Shown piece after piece: positions 11,830 to 23,816 of a stretch of DNA of 64,000 nucleotides. Every line of letters starts with the position of its first letter. Position 1 is the stretch's first letter. The DNA lies in NCBI GenBank assembly GCA_001643675.2, contig LSRY02000025.1:62001-126000 (forward strand), written 5' to 3'. The position numbers and the translations under genes were made by a program. The notes below the pieces were generated by a model. It had not been told where the DNA came from. It searched no databases and saw only the letters and a list, made by a program, of their open reading frames with translations. This stretch comes from Monocercomonoides exilis PA203. Lineage: Eukaryota; Protista; Preaxostyla.

Positions 11830-13390
11830 TGAGCGAGCGAGATGGCAGTGAAGATGGAACGCATCATAGTAAAGAAGCTTATTGACTGATTAAACACAGT
11901 GAGATGAGAATGACAACATTGAAACCTCCAATGGCGAGATCCGTGGAGATGAGATGCTCAATAAAGTTTCTGATGTCATCGTCGAATAGGAGCACAGGCG
12001 AGGCAGCACTGAGGGCGGAGAGGTTGGCGTCGGAGGGGAAGAGGGAAGAAGCGGGGAGAGCACGAAGAGCAGGGCAGGTGAGGGGGGAGGGAATGGACAG
12101 ATATGTTGGAGAGGCGAAGGGTGCCTCGGCAAGAACAAAGGAGGGTGGAGTTGAGGCGGACGAGCTGGTCAGCCGCGGAAAAGAGGAAGGAGGACACAGC
12201 TAGTTATCCGTCGAGGAGGTTGAAGAGGGAAGAGTAGGCTGATCCAGAGGGAGTTTTCTATTGAGCGGCAGATGCAGAGTTCAACAGTGGAAAGGGAGAT
12301 GCAGGTCTCAAGCAGGTAGCTGCACTGGCAGGCAGAGGTTCAGGTGTCCTGCTCGACGAACATTTAGTAGGCGCGTAAGAATGTGATTAAGGGGAGGAGT
12401 CGACATCGATGTTGGGGTCTGTGGGAGGAGTGGAAGGCGAAGTGGAGGTTGAAAATGAGAGTGGGAGGTGGGGGCCGGCTGTGGTCAGCACGAATCCGCT
12501 GAGCTCATCGATGGCAAACACCACGCAACCCAAGCCATGTGTCTGTGCCTGGCCTCGCAACCTCCTCTGGACTCGCTGCGATCTTTGCACGACCCCCGTC
12601 TTCGCTCCCCTTCTCCCCACCCCTGCCATCTTCTCACACCTGCTGCACTCCACCACGCTGATGCTCCCAGTGCACATGGTCTGTGAAAACAACGTGCTCG
12701 CCACTTCTTCCAGTGTTTCGAACTTGCACAGTATCAGCCTCCAAGAGCTGATTGTTATCAGCCCGAAAATAATCATCTCTACTTTCTAAAATCACCCTTT
12801 GCATTCTCATTCAGGGTTGAAACTGAACCAAGCAAGGCTGATGAAAAATGCAAAAAAAATTATTCACATATCTGTCCAGCTTTAAAAGTGATTTTCGAAG
12901 AGGAAGAAATAGCACAGAGAAATATATTCAGAAAAATAATTGAATGGAATGTTCACCAAGCAAATTAGGCAATGCTAAAAAGAAAAACAGATGATAAAAA
13001 AGATGAGATCATTATATTTGTGGGCTTTTTAAGTAAAAAAAGTAGATAATTTTGTATTTCTTTTTATTTTTTTTAATATTTTCTTTGTTAATTTTTTAAA
13101 AAACTTTGATCAATTTGACAAAATAATTTCTTTTAAGTATTGTTTATTTCCAAGCAAATATCAACTTCTAATTGTTGCATATCTGATAAATATCTTGTTT
13201 AACTATTATATTTTTCATTTGTGTTTTTGAAAATTGTTTCATTTCAACAAAAGTTTTATGATCTTCAGAATTAATTTTAAAATTTCTTTGTAATAACTCA
13301 TAAAACTAATTTTCATATTAAAAAATTATTGATTTCATATAGTTATTATTGTTATCATGTTGTATTAACGATTAGGCAAGTATCTTGTTC
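11830..13390. repeat. Dispersed repeat homologous to about 34130-35760 and its mirror
   Basis: Shared strings GTGAAAACAnnGTGCTCGCCACTT, GAGCTGATTGTTATCAGCCCGAAA, CACATATCTGTCCAGCTTT, ACTTTGATCAATTTG. Confidence 0.8.
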
Positions 13391-13622
13391 TTTTTATTGA
13401 ATTCTTTATATTTTTGAATAATTTTTTATGTTTTTTTCAAAATATGAAATAAAAACAATTTGAAATGAATTAAAATCAAAAAATAAGCAATAACAACTAT
13501 ATACAAAGCAATATTTTTGCATGATCATCATTTTTATTTTTCTTTTTAAAGCAACCCTTAATGAAAAAACTTTTTGATCAAACGTCGGAATTTTTTATGA
13601 TATCAAAAAAAATCACCCATAT

Positions 13623-15272
13623 AATTACTATACATTAGAGAGACTGAAAAACAATACTGGAATTATTTGTGAAGCAGGAGAGTATGAAGCGAAAAAGTGG
13701 AACACAGAAGATTATGAGCTTTTTTATAAAAATATTGATACTATTCCAGGATGTAGGTTAAGTGACAACACATTCGATATGTATAAATATTGTGGATTCT
13801 ATTGTGAACAAGAGACAAAAATATTAAGAGAAGGATTTCTCAAATTTCGAGAAGGATTCATGAATGATTTCGATATTGATATTCACGATTACTGTTCAAT
13901 TAGCTCTCTTGCCGATGCCACACTGACAAAACAAGTGTATTCGAAGAACAAGAATTTATATAAACTAGGAGGAATCATCAGAGAGTTTATGCAACAAGCT
14001 GTTCACGGAGGAAGATGCATGACTGCATATAAAAAAAAGTGGCACTCAACAACTCCTATTGTGGATTATGATGCTGTGTCTTTATATGCTTCTGCTATGC
14101 ACAGATTATATATGGTTGAAGGAATTCCAAGTGTAATTGAAACAGATGAACAACGCTCTTATGAGTTTTTACAGAATCAGAGTGCATATGTAGTTGAAAT
14201 TGAGATTACAAAAGTGAACAAACACTATCCTTTTCCTTCACTCGTATTTGAAGATGATGAAGGAAATAATTTTAATAATGATGTGATAGATAAACCAGTG
14301 AGAACAGTAGTTGATAACATATATTTGGAAGATTTGATAGAATTTCAGAAAATAGAATTCACAGTAATTAAAGGATATTTCTGGACAGGCAATCGTGATT
14401 ACTCAATTCAGAAAGTCATCGGAGATATATTTAATAAACGAGCTGCATACAAGAAAGAAAAAAATCCTTTAGAAGTTATATATAAACTAATCATGAATTC
14501 TCTCTATGGAAAAACAATTCAGAAGCCTGTTGATTATGAGATAAAATACATTAATGAAAATGATATAGGAAAATATTGGAGCAAAAATTATAATAAAATT
14601 ATTGAGTCATCAAAAATAGCAGATTCAAGAAATAAAACTCATGTTGCAAAAACACAGAAGTAGATAGACACTCGTTTCACATTTAATCTATTTGGAATTC
14701 ATATTTTAAGCATGTCCAAACGAATTATGAATGAAGTGATGTGTCTTGCACATGATCTAAATTGCAAAATCTATTATCAAGATACAGACTCTATTCACAT
14801 AAGAGTAGATGATCTTACAAGATTAGAAGAAGCATTCAAAATAAAATACAATCGTGATTTGAAAGGAACTCAGCTGGGAAACTTCCACTCTGATTTTCCT
14901 CTTAATGCATTATATGCTAGTGAATCTTATTTCTTAGGAAAAAAGATTTATATAGATAAACAAGTTCTTCCTGAAAATAAAACATCTTTCATGTTTCGCA
15001 TGAAAGGAATTAAGCAGTCAGCTGTTGAAGCGAAAGCCAAGGAATCAGATGAATGCGTGCACGAGCGTGCTCTCAGCGACTGCGTCGACAATAGCAACGA
15101 TTCTCTGATGAAGCTATACAAGTGCATATATAAAGGAAAAACAGTTGAATTTGATCTCACAAATGGATCTCCTTGCTTTGAATTTGAAAAAGATTTCACT
15201 GTTGCTTCTCTTGATACTTTCAAAAGACGCATAAAAACATCATTAGAAAAAGGAATACCCCCGAAGGGATAG
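13623..15272 (+). pseudogene. polB: Protein-primed family B DNA polymerase, 3' part (polymerase domain)
   Basis: ExoIII-like YCEQET, HGGRC, motif A YDAVSLYASAM, motif B KLIMNSLYGK, motif C YQDTDS, KKIY and KGI. One in-frame TAG at 14661. Confidence 0.93.
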
Positions 15273-15437
15273 AGATTCTTCAAATCAATACCCCCGAAGG
15301 GATAGAGATTCAGAGAATCAATATCACAAGCAAGTGCTCAAATAAGAGCACAAATATAGAAAAAACATTTATGAAATTCATATTATAATCAAATATTATT
15401 TTAATAATAATGAAATTATCAATAATTATAAATACAA

Positions 15438-16652
15438 ATGACATCAAAAAAAATTAATACTCTCATAAAAAGTTTATTAGCTGCGTCTGATACTCTGCTC
15501 ACAGAAATAGAAGTGTACAAGAAAATAAATAAGATTCCCACAAAAACTCGAGTGTTCAAAATATATTATGAAGCTCACAAAACAGATCTCATATTTGATA
15601 TCACTATTGAAGAATTATACAATAGATATAAACTGGAGTATTTAAAGAAATATAATCCGACACAGTACAAAAAACAGCGAAGAAATAATTATGAAGTCAT
15701 AATTGATGAGCAAACACCTGAGCAAAATAAATTTCTTCAAGACACGGGATATAAATCAAAAAAGAAACAAGAATCACTTTTCTATCAAAAATACAACACT
15801 TTTCCTTCTGTTCATTCGAAATATCTCAAGAATAGTTTTCCAGATAAAGAAAATAAACAATACTATTTACATCATGTCGGACAAAAATACACATTTTTGA
15901 TAGATCTTATGTTTTCAGATAATTTATGTTATCTTGTTGCAATAGGTCTAAATAATAGATATCTGTTTGTGGAGCCAACTAATTTTTCTTCGAAAGATGA
16001 ATCAAGCAGTGGAAAAGTCACTCATTCACAGCGTTCGGCTTCTGCTGTAGTTGAAGCTTTAAACAGAATGATTACAAAAGGAATGAAAGTTAAATACTTG
16101 AGAGGAGATAGCGAACGTGCATTCAATAGCACTTTGGCTCACATATATTTTAAAACTCACAACATTTCTTTTCAATCTCTTGTAAGTACAGGATCTTCTC
16201 ACACACAAATGGCTCCACTTGATAGAGTTGTCAGAACTATTAGAGACATGAATTATACATCAAATCCTCATAGTGAGTTTATTAATCCAGTCAGAATGAA
16301 GCAACTGGTGAATAATTATAATAATGCTCCTCATTATAGTCTTTCAAAAATAATGAACTTCGATATCAGTCCTCAGCAAGTGTACGATAATGAAGAATTG
16401 GAAAATGAGATCATTCGTCGAATGCATCAGTTGAATTATAATATTATTAATTCTCTTGATTACAAGCTTCCAATGAACACTATTGTCGTTTTAAAAGCTC
16501 ATTATGAAAGATTAGACAAGAGAAGAATGAAAATTCTTCCTGAAACATTTACAGTAATCGGATATGATAAAGGAAAAATAAGAGTGAAGAGCAACGTTGA
16601 TAATAGAATACTAATAGTCTCAAGATGTGAAGTATCAAAAATATTAGAATAA
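15438..16652 (+). CDS. Retroviral-like (rve) integrase, Maverick c-integrase type
   Basis: FLIDLMF (D1), LRGDSERAF (D2), APLDRVVRTIRD (third acidic residue D instead of E), YNNAPHYSL. Confidence 0.85.
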   Translation: MTSKKINTLIKSLLAASDTLLTEIEVYKKINKIPTKTRVFKIYYEAHKTDLIFDITIEELYNRYKLEYLKKYNPTQYKKQRRNNYEVIIDEQTPEQNKFLQDTGYKSKKKQESLFYQKYNTFPSVHSKYLKNSFPDKENKQYYLHHVGQKYTFLIDLMFSDNLCYLVAIGLNNRYLFVEPTNFSSKDESSSGKVTHSQRSASAVVEALNRMITKGMKVKYLRGDSERAFNSTLAHIYFKTHNISFQSLVSTGSSHTQMAPLDRVVRTIRDMNYTSNPHSEFINPVRMKQLVNNYNNAPHYSLSKIMNFDISPQQVYDNEELENEIIRRMHQLNYNIINSLDYKLPMNTIVVLKAHYERLDKRRMKILPETFTVIGYDKGKIRVKSNVDNRILIVSRCEVSKILE

Positions 16653-17612
16653 TAATTTTTGAGCTGTGCGTCTCCAAAATGCTAAATAAATTGCAGGAGG
16701 ATCAATCGAGTGTGTATGACTATTACTGCCTCCTGTTGTGCTGATACTTGCGGAATGGTTATGGCTTCCTCCAACTGCTGTGTAAAAATGGGTTTCACCT
16801 GATGAATCCCAATTATATTCCATACCAAGAATATTTCCAGGTGATCCGATACTCTGTAATGGGTGATATAAAGCATGTGTGTGTTCTCCACTGTTATTTA
16901 TTGTGATGCTGTGAGTATGACTTGGTATTTGAGAAGTTGTTAATGTCGTTGCACCAGAAGTTGCTGATCCAGATGTCGAGCCTATCATATCTGCAGAAGA
17001 TGCAGCTCTTATAAATCTTCCATTTGTCATCATTTTCCACGATGTTCCTGGATATGTTTTTGATGGATCCGAAGCATCATATTTAATTATTACACTGTTT
17101 ATCGGAAATATAGCATTTATAATTGTTGTTAAAGATATCTGTTTTGCATCAATTTCTGATTTGTTATAATAATTATCTAATGATATTTGTTCTTTCTCGA
17201 TTTCTAATAATTCTGTTCCATCCCACCAGTAATCAGGAACATTTGTCTCTTTAATATAAAACGTTTGTCCAGTTTGTAATGTATTGACATTACCTTGAAT
17301 GGAAAGCCATTGACACATATCTTCATAACTGTCAAACACTCTTGCTTTATATCCAACTTTAGCATTCAGTTCATCAAACATATTTCGATTCAAGTCTTGA
17401 TTTGCTGTTATTGATACATTAACATCTTTAATGCTTTCTTTTATACTTTCTTTCACTTTATCGATATTCTCTAATGCATTATTTATTTCTTTCATATTTT
17501 TGTCAACATTATTGAAATTCTCTAATGATTCATTTTTCATCTGTTGTTGCTGTTTATGCTGATGGATCATCAGAGCTATATTAGCGTTGATTGTTTTTAA
17601 TGATGAACTCAT
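16644..17612 (-). CDS. Phage tail-fibre/baseplate-like protein (coiled coil, collar-like domain, HxH repeats)
   Basis: FPINSV...DPSKTYPGTSW...GRFI...TLTTSQIPSHTH...EHTH...SHNH...SHTH...PPAIYLAFWRRTA resembles T4 gp10/gp12-like C-termini. Confidence 0.7.
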   Translation of the reverse strand: MSSSLKTINANIALMIHQHKQQQQMKNESLENFNNVDKNMKEINNALENIDKVKESIKESIKDVNVSITANQDLNRNMFDELNAKVGYKARVFDSYEDMCQWLSIQGNVNTLQTGQTFYIKETNVPDYWWDGTELLEIEKEQISLDNYYNKSEIDAKQISLTTIINAIFPINSVIIKYDASDPSKTYPGTSWKMMTNGRFIRAASSADMIGSTSGSATSGATTLTTSQIPSHTHSITINNSGEHTHALYHPLQSIGSPGNILGMEYNWDSSGETHFYTAVGGSHNHSASISTTGGSNSHTHSIDPPAIYLAFWRRTAQKLLF

Positions 17613-17652
17613 TTATATATTGATAAAAATAAATTGTATTTTTTATATTAGC

Positions 17653-18816
17653 TTAATAAAATGGAACACTAACTGGATATGTTATGTTGAACTCAATACT
17701 TCCCTTATTGTAATACACCACTTGTTGAGATTTTATTTCCACAGTTATGAAAGATACTCCATCGTATTTAATTCGAACAGAACATGAACAATAATTTTCA
17801 TAACCATCACCACATCTGACTGTTATGCTGAATACGAAGTGAGATCCATCTGTGTATGGCGGAGACAAATAACTTTTTGCATTAGATACAGTGAATTTAC
17901 CAATTTGAATCCAAGCAGTTTTGTCATAGCCCGAGAGGCTTTCAATATCTCCTCTGACATACATAGTGGCAAGTTCTCCATATCGACTTATAATTCCCCA
18001 TGAATTTTTAAGCAAGCTATTGCCAGTGAAGAAAAGTTTTTCGGAAGTTGGAATTCTGACTGCTCCAACTTTATTGTCAACGTATTGTTTTGTAACCAAG
18101 TGATAAATATTTGTTGGAACTGCTGATGTTGTTATTGCACTTGAAAATGTTTTGCTTCCAGTGATAGTTTCTGTTCCACTTAAATGAACCACACTTTCGT
18201 CATTAGCTTTCGAAGAATCACTTGGATGAATATGATCTTCTCGTGCATATTTATCTGATGTTCCAACATTAACAGAACCATCCATTAACGGATTACTTGT
18301 TCCTGCTTTTTCTGATAATTCATCAGGAAGAACATCAACTGATAACTTTCCACTTTCATCCAATCCTGCATATCCATTTGCTTTTCCTTTAAATGTTGTT
18401 TTTTCATATCCTTCCAACTCAATTCCAGTTAAATCTATCATGTCTTCTGATATTGTAAAATATGATTATGCAATTTTTCCATTATTGTCAAGAGGAACAT
18501 ATCCATTCGCTTGTCCTTTATTCTCAATCTTCTCGCAGATTTCAACGATATTATCAATCTGAACTGCTTTATAGTACTCGTTAAGTCCACCCACACTGAC
18601 TTCACTTATGTCACACTCAATTTTCTTTAACGCTGTTCCATCCCACCAGTAATCAGGAACGTTATTTCCTTTAATAAGTATAAATTGTCCTTTCACGAGA
18701 TTTCCTTTGTTCACATCGATCCAAGTTTGCATCTCTGAAGCTGAATCAAACACTAAATTTCTTGTGCCTGTCTGTCTGAGCTGTCTCTGATAAATATCTG
18801 ATGTTTGCATTTTCAA
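17653..18816 (-). pseudogene. Second phage tail-fibre-like gene, one in-frame TAA at 18466-18468
   Basis: ORFs 18466-18816 and 17653-18441 are in frame, 24 nt apart. KGxANGYxxLDxxGK occurs twice, plus GTSDKYAREDHIHP, VVHLSGTETITGSKTF and VTKQYVD. Shares the NVPDYWWDGT domain with the neighbouring gene. Confidence 0.65.
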
Positions 18817-18864
18817 TGATATTAAAAAAACTAAAATTAATCGTTTTAACTGTTTATAAAGATA

Positions 18865-19746
18865 ATGTTAAAAACACTTGTGAAAGTCCCTCCAAAAAGA
18901 TACATTAACCAATTGAAGGTGGAATTGACAGATTCAGACACTCAAACCACTAATCAAAACACTGAGAGTAATAATGAAGAAAACATTAATGAAAGAAATC
19001 TTTTTTATTCCAATGAAAATAGTATGCCTATTCCAATTTCTGTAACAGCAAATTTAACCAAATCAACACATACTTCAACTCCATCGATGTCTAATACTAT
19101 TAACGTAAATGTGGCAGCTGGAAACACAGATTCAACAAAGGAGGCAGCTTCTAGAAGAAGCAGTCAGCAAGAGCGAGAACAATCAATTCCTGAACGGATC
19201 TCTGATCCTCGAGGGGACTTTGTCCCCGAAGCACATCCTTCACAAACAGAATCTTTCGATAATTTCACTGCTCATCCTTCCGTTCCATTTGAACCATCAG
19301 CGCCCTCTTTATCAACACATCCTTATCCATTGTGTTCATCACAAAGTACCTGAAACAGTTCGCAGTTCTCATTTCGAGAATCAATAACTATTAATCCTGA
19401 TGATGAAAACAGATTAAAAGATAAATATATCGAGTTACTCATTAATGTGATCAATTCTCCGAAAAAAGTACTCAAGAGTTGCATTGAACCCAGCAAAATG
19501 ATTATTCTTCCTGTTGATGAATTATTAATATTGATTGCATTATTGTCAGGAGTCAACGATGTTGAAATCATTATTGAAGAACAAGCAGTGACGCGTTCAG
19601 GAAAAGTGAAGTTCATTAAAGATATCTCTCGAATATTAGTTGGTGGATTGGATCTTCAAATAAAATATAATCACATTTACAACAGACTGTTAGGTTATCA
19701 TGTCTCTCTTGTTCACACATTCTTGAATGACACGAAAGAAAAATAA
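18865..19746 (+). pseudogene. Polinton hypothetical protein (disordered N-half, globular C-half), one in-frame TGA at 19351
   Basis: ORFs 18865 and 19447 share a frame, with open sequence between them. Confidence 0.55.
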
Positions 19747-19808
19747 ATGAATATATATTTTTATTATAAAACAATTTCGATATATCGAATTTGAGTCATC
19801 AATATTAT

Positions 19809-20597
19809 TTATGACGCTGTTATTTCTCTTTTAGGACTCAGAGAACGTATTACTGTTAATACTTGTTCAATTTCAGATTCTTCAAATGAATAAGGAAGTT
19901 TCATATTTAATTTTTGAGTTATCACTTGTCTGATATTCATGCTTGCTGGAAATTCAAATTGATATATATACTCTAATGATCTTGAAGTATCAGCTGATAA
20001 CCTAAATTGTTCATCAGATATTTTCACTATCGACAGCTTTTTAACACAATTGGTGTCAGGAACTGATGTGTTGGATATGTATTCTTTTTGAACAGTCACT
20101 GTCTGTTTGAGTTCTTCTATTATTTTACGTTGTTCTTCAATAATACTTTTTGTAACTGTATCAAACGACTCTCCTGTTGCTTGTGTGCGTTCATTAATTG
20201 CGTCCATTATTTCAGAGATTATAATTAAATATCTTGGAGATGCCCATATCGCAATTGCGTTTATTAAACGTGGATGAACATAAGTTCCTCTAAAATCATT
20301 AGAATACGACTTGTGTAGATCATATCTTGCGTCGGGTAATTTTTTACCCGACGAATCTGAAGAGCTGTTTTGAATAATTTTCTGCTTGTTAAATTCATCC
20401 AATAGATCTTTACACATATGAGATTTAAAGAACGTTTTAACCTGTTTTGTACGACCTTCTCGTTTGTTTATATCCTTTACTAACTTCGATGCATTTACAT
20501 ATTTATCTTTCAGTCTGATCAAGATTTCGAAAGAGTTGTATGTTCCTTTAATAAATTCTTCGTTATTATAAATTATACACTCGGTTGTAACTGTCAT
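19809..20597 (-). CDS. KilA-N domain protein
   Basis: YVNASKL...GTYVHPRLINAIAIWASP followed by a coiled coil. Confidence 0.88.
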   Translation of the reverse strand: MTVTTECIIYNNEEFIKGTYNSFEILIRLKDKYVNASKLVKDINKREGRTKQVKTFFKSHMCKDLLDEFNKQKIIQNSSSDSSGKKLPDARYDLHKSYSNDFRGTYVHPRLINAIAIWASPRYLIIISEIMDAINERTQATGESFDTVTKSIIEEQRKIIEELKQTVTVQKEYISNTSVPDTNCVKKLSIVKISDEQFRLSADTSRSLEYIYQFEFPASMNIRQVITQKLNMKLPYSFEESEIEQVLTVIRSLSPKREITAS

Positions 20598-20693
20598 TTT
20601 TATAGAAGATAAAAATTCGAAAAAATAAAATTAACGATAATTTTTATTTGTATCAATAATTCACATTAAATGAATTCTATTGACATCATTTTT

Positions 20694-20917
20694 TGACATC
20701 AAAACAACCGATTTCATAGTCAAAAATGATACGGAGCAAGTGACTTCCTCTATCTTGCTCCAGCTTGCTCCATGTCGATTTTGTATATAAGAAGTACTGA
20801 TTTCAGTCTCAATATTGATCAATCTTGCATCAAAAACTGTATAAGACCGGAGCAAGTGGAGCGGAGCAAGTTGTAAAATCGTTGTCTCTAAAAATAGCGG
20901 ACATACGGACATATTGG
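20694..20917 (+). repeat. Inverted repeat A downstream of primase-helicase 1
   Basis: Reverse complement of 23593-23816. Contains GGAGCAAG and GGACAT iterons. Confidence 0.9.
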
Positions 20918-20928
20918 ACACTGATGTT

Positions 20929-23518
20929 TTATTGATTAATGTTTTCATCTTCTTTTATGATAATATATATTAATCTTCGTTTGACTCCATCTGTACACAT
21001 TATTGTATTAATGTCATAATCGAAAATTCTTTTGAGTCTTTCATTAAATGTTCCAATTTTGTTCATTGTTGATGGAAGTTTGTTTAGTGAACAATATTGC
21101 GTGTAGTTCTTGTATAAATCAATTGCATTAAATCCCTTGATACCATCTGCTTTTCTTTCATAGGAAAGATTTTTATTATATTGTTCTTCAGTGAATTCTT
21201 CTAACCATATATCGAAAGAGTATTCATATGATTGATGTATTCTGTTAAAGAAAACTAGCATTGTGAATCTGGAATATGGTTTGATTGTTGTATTCTTTTC
21301 AATATCTTCTGATTCTCTTATGTATTTGACATAAGAGAAGATGAAATCTTCATTATTAATCCAACTCCACAATTGTTTCCACATCTCCACCGCATCTTCT
21401 CTTGTCGAAAGTATTCTTTCGATGGGATACAAACGTCTTTGCACTGCTTCATCACTATATATCCCAGCAAATGATGAATTATTAGTTGAGAAATCACAAT
21501 CGAAATAGAGAGTTATGTTTTCATCATCTCTAGCCATCGATCTTGTTGACAGCATGTCATTATCAAGGATTTTGAAGTCTTCAACAACAACTTTTCCATC
21601 CTTTATGCGTGGAAGTTCGTCGAATTGAATCTGTAATTTATTTTCAAGAAGAGATTTTGTTTGCTCTTTTCCCAATTGACTGAATCTAACATTAACAGAT
21701 GAGAATTCATTGCCGTACACTTTTGTCCTTAATGAAGTAAGAAAACCTTTTCCTTCTCCACCCCTTTCACCATAACATCCCAATGATATTTTTGTTCGCT
21801 TATAATTGTTTCTAAATCTCCATTGATCTCGTCCAAGATTGAAATAGAAAGCAACTTCATCAGCATATGTAGTTTTCAGAAAATCAATCATCGTTTTGAC
21901 TTCATTATTCAGATATACTGTTGGATCTCTCATTCTGAATGTGTTGAAAATGTTTGGCAAATCTGAGACAGGAGCAACCTCATCATATACAGTGAAGTTT
22001 TTGAATTGCTCGACGAATAACTGCTTTAATGTGATAGTTGATACACCGTATGGAATGATAAAACGTTTCAATTGATTCTCAAACCATTCAGCATCTCTTA
22101 CGAAATAAATATTGGTTTCCATTCGCGCAATAACGTCAGTTCCTTTGACAAGTTTCGCAAATGTTCGTAATAGATGTTGTTTAATATCTGGTATTGACAT
22201 CTTCGTAACATTCCTAATGAGATAGTTATATGTTTCTGTGCACCTCTCAAATTCAATAACTTCTTTTAATAATTTGAGTTTTCATCAGTTTCATTTTCTT
22301 AATCTCAGGATCAACAGTGTTTTGATAAAATTCTGGACACCAGATTTTGACGATCTTTTGTGAAGCATAAGGAGTTGATTTCTTGTTCGAACATTTCTCT
22401 CATGTTCGATCCCAATTCATATCAGCATTTGCTGTAAATTAATTATTGTTTTTTATCTCTTGATAGTATGCATCGATGTCTTCATCTTGTACTGATTCAA
22501 TATTAATGAGACTGTTAACGGCACAAAATAATGGGAACAACGATAATTCTTTATCAATACTGAAATGACAATAATTATGTATTGAAACATTTGTGAATCC
22601 ACAGACAAGTACTTCAGCAAACTCTTTCGACATTAAATTGATTCCATCAGTTGTTAGATGTTTGTTTGTATCGTCATTTGATGAATCATATCGAATATCA
22701 ATACCAAATATGTTGAGAATGTCTTCCAGTGATGAAAGATTCGATTTGTCAAGGTAGTTATTCAAGTCAATATATTTTTTTATCACTTTAGAATCTCCTT
22801 TGACTCTTTCACGTATTCTGGTCTCAGCTTGTTCGATGAATTGATTGATTGCAGAATCATCATATCGACTAGTTAAATCACTCTCTTCTTCTGCTTTCTT
22901 TGTCAATTTCTCAGGAATATATTTTGTTGCATTCTTGCTCTCTTCTTCAGTGTACTTTATTATTTCTGTATCAGCTTGAACAAGAAATCGTCGATTTCCA
23001 TTAACACAAGCAAACACATCTATCTCAAAGTCGGAACACTTGAAGACTTTTGTTTGTGAATCAGTCTTTAATGGATATTCATCTCTGTCACAGTATATGT
23101 GCAATCCACCATTTCCTGTCTGCACTAATCCGACATTTTCTGGCAATCTCAAAAGAATTGATTGTCTGATTCTCTCTTTTCTTTCTTCGTCAACTGCTTT
23201 ATTGATGTCGATATCGACAACAGCTAGATTATCAATTTTTCTAATATCAATATAATGTCCAGTGTTCTGTCCTGTTTCATTAACTGTTTCATCAGCAGTT
23301 TTGTTCTTGAATTCTCGAGACACTTTCTTGTAATTATATAATGGTTTCTGATATCCTTTTATTCTTTCACCGATTGTCTTCTTTTTCATCATTTCTTTTC
23401 TTATTCTCCGTTTCTGTTCTTCTTGCACAAACATCTCTTCAATTTCTGGATCTTCATGAACCATTAACGCAGGATTCTTTCTTAACAGTTTTGAGTTTAT
23501 GTCCAAAAAGTTTTGCAT
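20929..23518 (-). pseudogene. AEP (Prim-Pol) primase - SF3 (D5-like) helicase fusion, frameshifted near 22200-22440
   Basis: LAVVDIDIN and VQTGNGGLHIY (Prim-Pol motifs); GERGGEGKG (Walker A), IQFDELP (Walker B), STNN (motif C), VQRR (Arg finger). Confidence 0.85.
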
Positions 23519-23592
23519 ATGTCTTTTAGTGGAAATAAAAAAAGTTATTTTTTTGAAATTAAGCTTATTTTCTTGTTTTCTTATAATAATGA

Positions 23593-23816
23593 CCAATATG
23601 TCCGTATGGCCACTATTTTCAGAGACAACGATTTTACAACTTGCTCCGCTCCACTTGCTCCGGTCTTATACCGTTTTTGATGCAAGATTGATTAATATTG
23701 AGACTGAAATCAGTACTTCTTTTATGAAAAAACAACATGACACATGTTGGCACATGCAAAACTTAGTCACTTGTGCCGAATCATTTTTGACTATGAAATC
23801 GACTGTTTTGATATCA
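23593..23816 (-). repeat. Inverted repeat A' upstream of primase-helicase 1
   Basis: Partner of 20694-20917. The two spurious ORFs sharing ETTILQLAPLHLLRSYTVFDARLINIETEIST come from this repeat. Confidence 0.9.

Larger units (their letters stand above)
6757..13618. mobile_element. 6.9-kb non-autonomous TIR element (GGGTG ends, ATAT TSD) carrying gene fragments, inserted in polB
   Basis: TIR GGGTGATTTTTTTTTGATATCATAAAAAA (6757) / TTTTTTATGATATCAAAAAAAATCACCC (ends 13618). ATAT at 6753-6756 and 13619-13622. Removal restores KELFPY-NYYTLERL in frame. Confidence 0.9.

Noticed and set aside
7238-12789. Many overlapping poly-F/S/K/E ORFs on both strands
   Set aside because: Produced by GAA/TCT microsatellites that lack stops; no domains.
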